The notes beneath the pieces were generated by a model, which saw only the letters and a program-made list of their open reading frames with translations, was not told the DNA's origin and ran no database searches. A stretch of 64,000 nucleotides of DNA from Nitrospira sp. (GTDB lineage: Bacteria; Nitrospirota; Nitrospiria; Nitrospirales; Nitrospiraceae), in contig AP038806.1 of assembly GCA_047150005.1 (NCBI GenBank), forward strand, positions 1,888,001-1,952,000. Reading direction: 5' to 3'. Below, piece after piece: positions 51,150 through 59,894 of this stretch; positions within the stretch are counted from its first letter, which is position 1, and each line of letters begins with the position of its first letter. The position numbers and the translations under genes were made by a program.

Positions 51150-52712
51150 GTGGACATCGCTGCTCTCATCGATAGTCTGCATCCCCTGGAAATCAGGGTC
51201 CTTGCCGCCTTTTCGGAGCACCGCGACCGGGCGATGGAAACAGAGCAGCTGGCCGCGGCCGCCGGACTGGAAGCCTCCCAAATCAGCATGGCGGTTGAGT
51301 GGCTGTTGGCCAAGTCGCTCCTCGCCGTCGAGGACGAAACCGTGACGCCCATCGTGTCGCTGACCAAGACCGGTGAGCAGTATTTCGAGAAGCAGTCGCC
51401 GATCGAGTTGGTCTTGTCCGTCGCGCGCGAGGCGGCCGGGACCGGCAAACGCCTGACGATCCAAGACCTGCAGACGCGAGAAGGTCTGGAGCCGTCGGAC
51501 GTGAGCGGGGCCATCGGGGCCTTGAAAAAGGAAGGCGCCCTCTTGATCGTTCAAGGCGGGTGCCTTGAGTCGACGGGACGACCGAGCCAGACCGCCGAAG
51601 CCCTGCGAGGGCTGCTCCAGCAGCTCCACAGCGGTCCGCGAGCCATAACGACCTTCTCCGACTTCCAGCAGCGGGTGATTGATGTGCATGCCGTCAAGCG
51701 AGGGAAGGTCAAGGAGCCGTTTCGGGTGGATGATCGCGTGACCCGGTGGCTGAAGCCGACCACCGAGGGCTTTGATGCGCTGAAGCACCTGTCCCGCCAG
51801 AACACGGCCGAGGAAGTCTCGCAATTGACGCCTGAACTCCTGAAAGAAGGCGGCTGGAGGACGAAACGGTTCCGCAAGTACACCATCAGCTTGAGGGCAC
51901 CCAGGATCGCTCCGGGACGGCGCCACCCCTATCGAGAATTTCTCGATACGGTCAAGACCAAGCTCGTCAGCATGGGCTTTCAGGAAATGCGGGGGGCGCT
52001 GGTGGAAACCGAGTTCTGGGACATGGACGCGCTGTTCATGCCGCAGTTTCACCCGGCCCGCGATATACACGACGTCTATTTCGTGAAACATCCCACGCAT
52101 GCGAAAGGTCTCGCGGAGCCTTTCCTCACACGAGTGAAAGAGGTCCATGAGCGGGGCGGGGATACCGGATCGACCGGCTGGGGCTACACATTCGATCTCA
52201 AGCGGGCCAGTCGGTTGGTCTTGCGGAGCCAAGGTACGGCGGTCTCCGCTCACCGGTTGGCGTCTCATCCGCTGGTTCCGGGGAAGTATTTTTCGATCGC
52301 GCGCTGCTTTCGTTATGACCAGGTCGATGCAACCCATGCGACGGACTTTTTCCAAGTCGAAGGGATCGTGCTGGGCGACGACATCAATTTTCGTACATTG
52401 CTCGGCCTCCTGAACCTCTTCGCGCGGGAAGTTGCACAGGCAAAGGAAGTCAAGTTCCTCCCGGCCTATTTTCCCTTTACGGAGCCTTCGGTGGAGCTGC
52501 ACGTACGCCATCCGCGACTCGGCTGGATCGAACTCGGCGGTGCCGGGCTGTTCCGTCCGGAGGTGGTCATGCCGCTCGGCGTCCACGTGCCGGTGATCGC
52601 ATGGGGGTTAGGGCTCGACCGCATGGCGATGGTGGCCCTGGGCATTCATGACATCCGTGAGTTGTTCACCGACAACCTCGATCTGATTCGCTCCACACGC
52701 GGCGCAGTCTAA
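51150..52712 (+). CDS. pheS: Phenylalanyl-tRNA synthetase alpha subunit, long archaeal/eukaryotic type
   Basis: 520 aa; QLTPELL..GGW, DALFMPQFHPARD, DATH, YFPFTEPS, IAWGLGLDR. Confidence 0.93.
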   Translation: MDIAALIDSLHPLEIRVLAAFSEHRDRAMETEQLAAAAGLEASQISMAVEWLLAKSLLAVEDETVTPIVSLTKTGEQYFEKQSPIELVLSVAREAAGTGKRLTIQDLQTREGLEPSDVSGAIGALKKEGALLIVQGGCLESTGRPSQTAEALRGLLQQLHSGPRAITTFSDFQQRVIDVHAVKRGKVKEPFRVDDRVTRWLKPTTEGFDALKHLSRQNTAEEVSQLTPELLKEGGWRTKRFRKYTISLRAPRIAPGRRHPYREFLDTVKTKLVSMGFQEMRGALVETEFWDMDALFMPQFHPARDIHDVYFVKHPTHAKGLAEPFLTRVKEVHERGGDTGSTGWGYTFDLKRASRLVLRSQGTAVSAHRLASHPLVPGKYFSIARCFRYDQVDATHATDFFQVEGIVLGDDINFRTLLGLLNLFAREVAQAKEVKFLPAYFPFTEPSVELHVRHPRLGWIELGGAGLFRPEVVMPLGVHVPVIAWGLGLDRMAMVALGIHDIRELFTDNLDLIRSTRGAV

Positions 52713-52716
52713 CCCC

Positions 52717-54432
52717 ATGCCGACGATTACGATCTTCAGGCAGGATCTCGAACAGCTGCTGGCCGGGCCGGCCAAGCCTCCGTCACCGGTGACGCCCGAG
52801 CAGCTGGACGCGTGGCTGATGTTGGTCAAGGGAGAACTCAAGGGGCAGAGCCTCGACACCGGCGAACTGCGGATCGAACTGCAAGACAGCAATCGACCCG
52901 ATCTGTGGTGTTGTGAGGGCATCGCGCGCCAAATCCGCATCAAGCAAGCCGGAACCAATGCTCCCTATGCCTTTCTGTCCCTTCGGAAGCCGCCGGCGAA
53001 ACAAGTCGTGGTCGGAGCGGGGTTGGAAGTGCTGAGACCCTATGTGGCCGCCTGCACGGCGACCGGGTATCGGGTCGCGAAGGAGGGATTGGCGCAGCTG
53101 ATCCAGACGCAGGAAAAATTGGCGGAGATCTTCGGACGCAAGCGCCGCACGGTCTCCATCGGCCTGTACCGTCTTTCCGCAATCGAGTTTCCGGTGTCCT
53201 ACGAAGCCGTGGCGCCTGATAGCGCCAGATTTATTCCATTGGGGATGACGACGGTCATGACGCTCAGCGAGATGCTGCTGATTCATCCCAAGGGGCTGGA
53301 GTTCGGCGCCATCGTAGCGGGAAATGAGCGGGTTCCGTTGCTTCGGGACGCCAAGGGACAGATTCTGTCCTTCCCTCCGATCATCAACAGCAGGGAAATC
53401 GGCGAGGTCCGTGTGGGCGACGACGCCCTGTTCGTCGAAGTGACGGGGACCGACCTTCCGATGGTCATCCTGACCCTCAATATTCTTGCAGCGAATCTCG
53501 CCGACCGGGGCGCCGCGATCGAGCCCGTGGAAGTGGTCTATCCGTTCAAGACGGAATTGGGGCAGCGCGTGGTGACGCCGCAGGACTTAGGGCGAGAGCG
53601 GACCCTCTCCCTCGCCACCATCGAACGGGCACTTGGGCAAGCGATGGACGCACAGGACGTGAGTCACGCGTTGAAGAGTTACGGCTACGAGGTGAAGGTG
53701 GAACAGGAGGGCCTCACCGTGCGGCTTCCGCTCTACCGCCATGACCTCATGCACCCCATGGATGTGGTGGAGGATGTGGCGATCAGCCGAGGATTCTCCG
53801 AGTTTCCTCCCGTCATGCCGTCCCAATTCACGGTCGGCGGCCTGTCGCGCCTGGAGACGCTGTCCGATTGCGCGAGAGGCTTGATGGTCGGCATGGGCTT
53901 CCAAGAAATCATCTCAAACATTCTCGGCTCTCCCCAGTTGCTATGCGATGCCATGCGATTGAACGGAACGGAATGGGGACGACTGGTGCAGGTCGACAAT
54001 GTCATGTCGCAAAACTTCTCGGCGTTGCGCCAGTGGATGTTGCCGTCGTTGCTGCGGGTAGAAGCCGCGTCCAGCCGGGCCTTTTTCCCTCACCGACTCT
54101 TCGAAGCGGGCGAGGTCGCGCGGCCTGATCCGGCTCACGAGTTGGGAGCCGACACGGTGATGGTGCTCGGCGCCCTGATCGCGCATGCGGATGCGAATTT
54201 TTCCGAGATCCACTCCTGTCTGGACGCGCTGCTGTATTATCTTGACCGGGCCTACAAGCTGGAATCGGTCCAGCATCCCTCGTTTCTCGATGGGCGGGCC
54301 GGTCGTATCGTGGGCGAGGACGGCGTGGCGCTGGGGCTGATCGGAGAGTTGCATCCGGAGGTGCTCGAACGCTGGCAAATCACCGTTCCTGCCGTCTCCT
54401 TCGAGATCGACCTCTCGGCTTTGGGCGAGTAA
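52717..54432 (+). CDS. pheT: Phenylalanyl-tRNA synthetase beta subunit, short archaeal/eukaryotic type
   Basis: 571 aa; MPTI, NRPDL, LSFPPIINS, DVVEDVAI; no OB-fold B2 or B8 anticodon domain. Confidence 0.92.
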   Translation: MPTITIFRQDLEQLLAGPAKPPSPVTPEQLDAWLMLVKGELKGQSLDTGELRIELQDSNRPDLWCCEGIARQIRIKQAGTNAPYAFLSLRKPPAKQVVVGAGLEVLRPYVAACTATGYRVAKEGLAQLIQTQEKLAEIFGRKRRTVSIGLYRLSAIEFPVSYEAVAPDSARFIPLGMTTVMTLSEMLLIHPKGLEFGAIVAGNERVPLLRDAKGQILSFPPIINSREIGEVRVGDDALFVEVTGTDLPMVILTLNILAANLADRGAAIEPVEVVYPFKTELGQRVVTPQDLGRERTLSLATIERALGQAMDAQDVSHALKSYGYEVKVEQEGLTVRLPLYRHDLMHPMDVVEDVAISRGFSEFPPVMPSQFTVGGLSRLETLSDCARGLMVGMGFQEIISNILGSPQLLCDAMRLNGTEWGRLVQVDNVMSQNFSALRQWMLPSLLRVEAASSRAFFPHRLFEAGEVARPDPAHELGADTVMVLGALIAHADANFSEIHSCLDALLYYLDRAYKLESVQHPSFLDGRAGRIVGEDGVALGLIGELHPEVLERWQITVPAVSFEIDLSALGE

Positions 54433-54498
54433 ACATGGCGGGATGAGCCTCCACGCGCTGATTCTGCGCGCAGAGGCGTCAAGATCCGGGAAGCGCGG

Positions 54499-54867
54499 TT
54501 ATGCGCCGGCGGGCGCCAGCTGCTTCTTGGCCAACCCGATCAACTGATCGAATCCCGTCGTATCCTTGATGGCCATGTCCGAGAGGACCTTGCGATCAAG
54601 CAACACATTGGCCTTTCTCAAGGCGCTGATAAAGCGGCCATAGGACAAACCCTGCGCTCTGGTCGCGGCGCTGATCCGCGCGATCCAGAGTTGCCGGAAG
54701 TCCCGTTTCCGATTCTTCCTGCCCGTATACGCATATTGCTGGCCCTTATCGACGGATTCGGTCGCCGACCTGAACAGCCGGCTCTTGGCTCCGTATTGGC
54801 CTTTGGCAAGCTTCAGCCGTTTCTTCCTTCTCGCCCGTGTTTTCGGCCCACCTTTTACGCGAGGCAT
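54499..54867 (-). CDS. rplT: 50S ribosomal protein L20
   Basis: MPRVKGG, KRDFRQLWIARI, LDRKVLSDMA. Confidence 0.97.
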   Translation of the reverse strand: MPRVKGGPKTRARRKKRLKLAKGQYGAKSRLFRSATESVDKGQQYAYTGRKNRKRDFRQLWIARISAATRAQGLSYGRFISALRKANVLLDRKVLSDMAIKDTTGFDQLIGLAKKQLAPAGA

Positions 54868-54904
54868 GGGAGCGTACTCCTTTTCGGTTGATTCGCAGTG
54901 ATCG

Positions 54905-55099
54905 CTACTGATACGGGAGCAGGCGCGCGAGTGCGGACGCCTTCGTCGGATCGACGACGACCGAGCCGCTCAAGCGGCGCTTCCGCTCGCGATTCTTGCT
55001 GGTCAGAATGTGCCGCTTTCCGGCCTTCTTTCGCACGAATTTCCCGGTGCCGGTCTTGTGAAACCGCTTGCTGGCTCCGCTATGGGATTTCACCTTCAT
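54905..55099 (-). CDS. rpmI: 50S ribosomal protein L35
   Basis: [23 protein letters not shown]. Confidence 0.96.
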   Translation of the reverse strand: MKVKSHSGASKRFHKTGTGKFVRKKAGKRHILTSKNRERKRRLSGSVVVDPTKASALARLLPYQ

Positions 55100-55136
55100 A
55101 TTCCGTTGTCCTTTGGTTAAACGTTGTTGCTCACCG

Positions 55137-55646
55137 TCAACCCTTGGGTGCCACGATCATGATGAGGCTCCGGCCTTCCATCCTCGGGGCATACTCGATT
55201 GTGCCGGTTTCGGCCAATTGTTCGATCACCGAGCTCATGAGCGAGCGTCCCATCTCTTGGTTGGCCATCTCGCGTCCCCGGTAGGTCAGGGTGACCTTGG
55301 TCTTGTTCCCCTCTTCCAGAAACGACTTAATTTGTCGAACCTTGATCTCCAGGTCATGCTTGTCCGTTCTGGGACGCAGCTTGATTTCCTTCACCTGGGT
55401 CGATTTCTGGTGACGTCGGTTCTGGTGGTCCTTCTTGCTCAACTCATACTTGTACTTCCCGTAGTCCATGATGCGACAGACGGGAGGAGCCGAAGTCGGG
55501 GCGACTTCCACCAGATCGTAGCCGCCTTCCTGCGCCTGCCGAAATGCTTCCGGGGTGGGGAGAATCCCGAGCTGCTCGCCTTCCGGGCCGATCACTCTGA
55601 CTTCACGCACTCTGATTTCGCGGTTCACGCGCAGTTTGGGAACGAT
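55137..55646 (-). CDS. infC: Translation initiation factor IF-3, probable ATC start
   Basis: [30 protein letters not shown] 6 nt upstream of in-frame ATC; no ATG at the 5' end. Confidence 0.95.
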   Translation of the reverse strand: MVPKLRVNREIRVREVRVIGPEGEQLGILPTPEAFRQAQEGGYDLVEVAPTSAPPVCRIMDYGKYKYELSKKDHQNRRHQKSTQVKEIKLRPRTDKHDLEIKVRQIKSFLEEGNKTKVTLTYRGREMANQEMGRSLMSSVIEQLAETGTIEYAPRMEGRSLIMIVAPKG

Positions 55647-55656
55647 AGGCCACCTC

Positions 55657-57585
55657 TCATGATGTGGGTGAAAGTTGTTGTCCGACCCGGTCAGCCTCTC
55701 GGCGGAGAAGGTCCAGCGCCCCGGCGATCGTCATGCTCCCAAGATTGGCGCCGCTGCGTCCGCGCACGGAAACCATGCCGCTCTGCACTTCGCGGTCGCC
55801 GACCACGAACATGAAGGGGACCTTGGCTCGTTCCGCTTCTCTGATCTTGAGGCCGATCTTCTCATTGCGGAGATCGGCGTCTGCGCGGAAACCGGCCGCC
55901 TTCAAGTCAGCGGCGACCTTGGCGGCATACTCGCGTTGATTGTCGGTGATGGCCATCACCACGGCTTGAACCGGTGCCAGCCAGGTTGGAAATGCGCCGC
56001 CGTAATGTTCGATCAAGATTCCGAAGAACCGTTCGATCGAGCCGAGAAGCGCGCGGTGAATCATGATGGGCTGATGGGCCTTGCCGTCCTCTCCGATGTA
56101 ACTCAATTCAAACCGTTCCGGATTGTTGAAATCCACCTGCACGGTTGAACATTGCCACGATCGCCCCAGGGCATCCTTGATCTTGATGTCGATCTTCGGA
56201 CCGTAAAAGGCGCCGCCCCCCGCATCCAGTTGATAGACGATGTTCCGGCTCTTCAAGGCCGCCTCAAGCGCGCTTATGGCCAGGCTCCAATGCTCGTCGC
56301 CGCCGACCGATTCCTTCGGCCTGGTGGACAAAAAGACTTCAAACTCAGTGAATCCGAAGGTCCGCAGCATGAAGAAGGTGAAGTCGAGTACACGAGTGAC
56401 CTCGGCCTCGATTTGGTCCGGGCGACAAAAGAGGTGGGCATCGTCCTGGGTGAACCCCCTCACTCGCAACAGACCGTGGAGCACTCCCGTCCGTTCGTAG
56501 CGGTAGACGGTCCCGAGTTCTCCATATCGGACGGGCAGATCGCGGTAGCTCCGAAGCCGGGATTTGTAGATCATGATGTGGTACGGACAGTTCATCGGCT
56601 TCAGCTGGTACTCGCTTCCCTCCAGCTTCATGGACGTGAACATGTTCTCGCGGTAGTAGTCCACATGTCCGCTGGTTTTCCAGAGATCGAGCCGGGCGAC
56701 GTGCGGGGAGTACACCAGTTCGTAGCCGTCCTTAATGTGCTGTTCGCGCCAAAAGTTCTCGATCAACAACCGGATAGCCGCCCCTTTCGGGTGCCACAGC
56801 ACAAGGCCCGGGCCGATCTCGTCCTGAACCGAGATCAGATCCAGTTCTTTCCCGACCTTTCGGTGGTCGCGACGCTTGATTTCCTCCAGGCGCGCAAGGT
56901 AAGCATCCAAATCACCCTGTGTCGGAAAGGACGTACCGTAAATCCGTTGCAACATCGGATTACGCTCGTCGCCACGCCAGTAGGCTCCCGCCGTGGTCAA
57001 CAGCTTGAGCGCGCCGACATGTCCGGTGCTGGGAAGATGAGGGCCACGGCAGAGATCGACGAAATCTCCCTGCGTATAGGCCGTGATCGACTCACCGTCC
57101 GGGAATCCTTGGATGAGTTCCACCTTGTACTGCTCTCCACGCGAGCGGAAGAATTCGATCGCCTCGGGTTTGGTGAACTCCCGTCTGCCGATGGTCAGAT
57201 TGCGTCGAATGATTTCCCCGACCCGCTCTTCGATCTTGGTCAGGTCTTCGGGTGTGAAGGGACGGTCGAAGGCAAAATCATAATAAAAGCCGTCCTCGAG
57301 CGCGGGACCAATCGTCAGTTGCGCGGAAGGAAACAGCTCCTTGACGGCCTGAGCCATGATGTGCGTGCTGCTGTGCCGATACACCTCGCGCCCTTCCGCG
57401 CTGTCAAAACGCAGCGGCTCGATCGTGGCATCGCCGGACAGCGGTTTCGAGAGATCCACCACCTGACCGTTGACTTTGGCGGCCAAGACCTGTGAATCCA
57501 ACGCGCCCAAGGATGAGAGCACGGTTTGGACGGATTCACCGCTTTCGATCGTCCGCCCCGCCCCATTTTTCAGTACGACTTTCAT
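55657..57585 (-). CDS. thrS: Threonyl-tRNA synthetase
   Basis: RHSSTHIMAQA, DLCRGPH, RDHRK, KPMNCP, FYGPKID. Confidence 0.97.
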   Translation of the reverse strand: MKVVLKNGAGRTIESGESVQTVLSSLGALDSQVLAAKVNGQVVDLSKPLSGDATIEPLRFDSAEGREVYRHSSTHIMAQAVKELFPSAQLTIGPALEDGFYYDFAFDRPFTPEDLTKIEERVGEIIRRNLTIGRREFTKPEAIEFFRSRGEQYKVELIQGFPDGESITAYTQGDFVDLCRGPHLPSTGHVGALKLLTTAGAYWRGDERNPMLQRIYGTSFPTQGDLDAYLARLEEIKRRDHRKVGKELDLISVQDEIGPGLVLWHPKGAAIRLLIENFWREQHIKDGYELVYSPHVARLDLWKTSGHVDYYRENMFTSMKLEGSEYQLKPMNCPYHIMIYKSRLRSYRDLPVRYGELGTVYRYERTGVLHGLLRVRGFTQDDAHLFCRPDQIEAEVTRVLDFTFFMLRTFGFTEFEVFLSTRPKESVGGDEHWSLAISALEAALKSRNIVYQLDAGGGAFYGPKIDIKIKDALGRSWQCSTVQVDFNNPERFELSYIGEDGKAHQPIMIHRALLGSIERFFGILIEHYGGAFPTWLAPVQAVVMAITDNQREYAAKVAADLKAAGFRADADLRNEKIGLKIREAERAKVPFMFVVGDREVQSGMVSVRGRSGANLGSMTIAGALDLLRREADRVGQQLSPTS

Positions 57586-57608
57586 CGGCTTATGCAATGT
57601 ACCCGTTC

Positions 57609-57656
57609 AAAAACAACAAAGGCACCCCGCCTCGGAGAGGCATACGGATGCCCTCA
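57609..57656 (-). terminator. Hairpin with U-rich tail between tRNA-Val and thrS
   Basis: Minus strand GGCATCC...GGGTGCC followed by TTTGTTGTTTTT. Confidence 0.45.
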
Positions 57657-57662
57657 GCCGAA

Positions 57663-57737
57663 TGGTAGGCGCGGACGGTCTTGAACCGTCGACCTCTACC
57701 GTGTCAAGGTAGCGCTCTCCCCCTGAGCTACGCGCCT
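57663..57737 (-). tRNA. tRNA-Val (GAC)
   Basis: AGGCGCGTAGCTCAGGGGGAGAGCGCTACCTTGACACGGTAGAGGTCGACGGTTCAAGACCGTCCGCGCCTACCA. Confidence 0.96.
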
Positions 57738-57873
57738 ATCGTCCGGATGCGCATGCTAATATAGCCCCGACTTTCGTGTCAAGAAACGCAAAGGCGAAGA
57801 GGACACGCGGGACCGGTGCGTAACCTCTTCTCCTTTGCTCGGGGGCGGTTTCGTATCAGACAGGCGTCCGTGG

Positions 57874-58146
57874 TCAGCGGACTGCAGACTTCAACACCTT
57901 TCCAGCAGAAAACTTCGGCACCTTTGCAGCCGGAATCCGGAGCGTTTCACCGGTTCTCGGATTGCGGCCGAGTCGAGCCTTTCGCCGGGAAATGGTGAAG
58001 GTGCCGAAATTCACCAGAGAAACACGCTGACCCTTTTTCAGGGAGGACGTGACTGCCCCGGTAAAGGCCTGGAGCGCATTTCCTGCCGCCACCTTCGTAA
58101 TTCCGGCGGATGCGGCCATTTTTGCAATCAACTCTTCTTTTGTCAT
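57874..58146 (-). CDS. hup: HU family DNA-binding protein
   Basis: MTKEELI, NFGTF, ARLGRNPRTGE, PKFSAGK. Confidence 0.94.
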   Translation of the reverse strand: MTKEELIAKMAASAGITKVAAGNALQAFTGAVTSSLKKGQRVSLVNFGTFTISRRKARLGRNPRTGETLRIPAAKVPKFSAGKVLKSAVR

Positions 58147-58212
58147 TATGCCCCTCCTGTCATGGTGGTTGGAGTGTGGTCAGGAACTCGCCCAGATTCC
58201 GGGATCACTCTT

Positions 58213-58818
58213 TCAGCAGGCGGTGGACTCTGCGTCGCGCACGCGGGCGGGCCGTCCCCGCTTCACGGGAATATGCAGTTTGTGAATCTTTTTCCGCAAC
58301 GTATTTCGGTTCAGTCCCAGCAACTCGGCCGCTTGGATCTGGTTGCCCTTGGTTTCTTGAAGCGCCCTGGCGATCAGCGGTCGCTCAATGGCCGAAATCA
58401 GCAGAGGATGGAGATTCCTCCCCGATCCGTTCCGCATGCCCTTGACGAAGTCGCTCATCTTTCGCTCGATAAAATCCTCGAGGGAGGGTGCCGCCTGTCC
58501 GTTGGCGGCGCCGTGTCTGGATCGATTCAGCGTCTGCATGAATTTCGAGGCACGGCGGAGCGCCGAACGAGTACCGGTGATGATGAGCGCCTGCGTGAGA
58601 TCGAGATGACCGGATAAAGCCGGCACGGGATCCTGAGTACCGGGCTTTGCCTCAAGAATGACCGCGTCAAAGCTCCGCTTGGTCGAGTCCTTCGGCAAAG
58701 CTGCAGCGTCCTTTGCGGTGGTGACGGACGCGTCTTTGAACGCTTGCCTGAACTGGGTCTGGATATCCGAGTCACCGCTCAGCAGCAGAACGCTGAAAAC
58801 CGATGGAGAGAGTGTCAT
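58213..58818 (-). CDS. Fis-family HTH regulator with degenerate receiver-like N-terminus
   Basis: IERPLIARALQETKGNQIQAAELLGLNRNTLRKKI. Confidence 0.83.
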   Translation of the reverse strand: MTLSPSVFSVLLLSGDSDIQTQFRQAFKDASVTTAKDAAALPKDSTKRSFDAVILEAKPGTQDPVPALSGHLDLTQALIITGTRSALRRASKFMQTLNRSRHGAANGQAAPSLEDFIERKMSDFVKGMRNGSGRNLHPLLISAIERPLIARALQETKGNQIQAAELLGLNRNTLRKKIHKLHIPVKRGRPARVRDAESTAC

Positions 58819-59237
58819 GAACTACCACCCGAAGAAGAGGGCCGGATTATTGCCCAGAGCCCATTTGATGTCAACGGCGAAATATGACGTGCGCGAGGCG
58901 TCGTCGGCGCGATGGACGGCGCAGGCTGGTGTCGGATGACGGACCGCTCGTTCATCGTGATCGTGCGGTTCTGCGATCGACGACGCGGGACGGAGTCATC
59001 GTGGTTGCCTATGCCTGGGTCATGTCTGCCGGACACGAGCCTCCTGAACCTTGCTCGGGTGTCCTGGTCGACTTTGTTAGGATGGATGCGTCACCATACG
59101 GCCGCACCCCCTCACAGGTTCTCGCATCACATGCGATCGCTCCCACCCTACCTCGTGGACTGTAGCCTAGAAGGTGTGCAAGAGGGATCGACGAAGGAAC
59201 CGGATGATCCTCGTGAGCGCTTGGTGGCAGGTCTTGC

Positions 59238-59329
59238 GTCATGTCCGCGAAGGCGGGCATCCACTTCTCGGTCAAGTCTCAATGCTGAGGAGCAGGCCTT
59301 GACTGGATTCCCGCTTCCGCGGGGAAGAC
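59238..59329. repeat. REP-like inverted pair
   Basis: GTCATGTCCGCGAAGGCGGGCATCCA ... TGGATTCCCGCTTCCGCGGGGAAGAC. Confidence 0.65.
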
Positions 59330-59376
59330 AAACTTCAGTGCTTCTGATGGCAAACCGACCCCCTACCGGAGCGACC

Positions 59377-59406
59377 TTGACAAGGTGAAGAGCGGAACGG
59401 TAACAT
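59377..59406 (+). promoter_or_regulatory. Probable sigma70 promoter of the Rrf2 operon
   Basis: TTGACA-N18-TAACAT, 30 nt upstream of the start. Confidence 0.6.
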
Positions 59407-59435
59407 TGTACAAATTCCTACCGGAATAGTCATAT

Positions 59436-59885
59436 ATGAAGGTATCTCTTCGATCTACCTACGGAATTATGGCTGCTGTAGACCTGGCAATGCATAGTGG
59501 AGTCCTTCCGGTTCAGGCGAAATCGATTGCCAAGCGGCAGGGCATTCCTGCGCGCTTTCTCGAACAGGTGCTGCATGCCATGAAGAAAGCCGGATTGGTG
59601 TCCAGCCAACGCGGTGCTCAAGGCGGATACGTGCTATCGAAGAAACCAACGGATCTCTCCGTCGCCGAAGTGCTGGAGGCATTAGATGGCCCCTTCCTCG
59701 CTTCAAGCGGATTGAACGGCCGTTCGCCCTATCAACGGATGACAAAGTCGGAGCTCTTGCTCGCAAAAGTTTGGGAACGAGTTCACGAAGCGGAACGCCA
59801 CGTGTTGGAAGCCATCACCATCGACGAGCTGGCCGGGAAGCAACGCGTGCTCGATCAACAGCGTACCCTTATGTACCACATCTGA
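59436..59885 (+). CDS. Rrf2-family regulator (CymR-like, no Fe-S cysteines)
   Basis: FLEQV, SQRGAQGGYVL, C-terminal MYHI; no Cys residues. Confidence 0.9.
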   Translation: MKVSLRSTYGIMAAVDLAMHSGVLPVQAKSIAKRQGIPARFLEQVLHAMKKAGLVSSQRGAQGGYVLSKKPTDLSVAEVLEALDGPFLASSGLNGRSPYQRMTKSELLLAKVWERVHEAERHVLEAITIDELAGKQRVLDQQRTLMYHI

Positions 59886-59894
59886 GGTTTCATC

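Noticed and set aside
51081..52586. 501-aa minus-strand ORF
   Set aside because: Antisense shadow of pheS.
56152..57495. 447-aa plus-strand ORF
   Set aside because: Antisense shadow of thrS.
58815..59230. Short overlapping ORFs between the Fis-like gene and the REP-like pair
   Set aside because: No motifs or convincing RBS; treated as intergenic.
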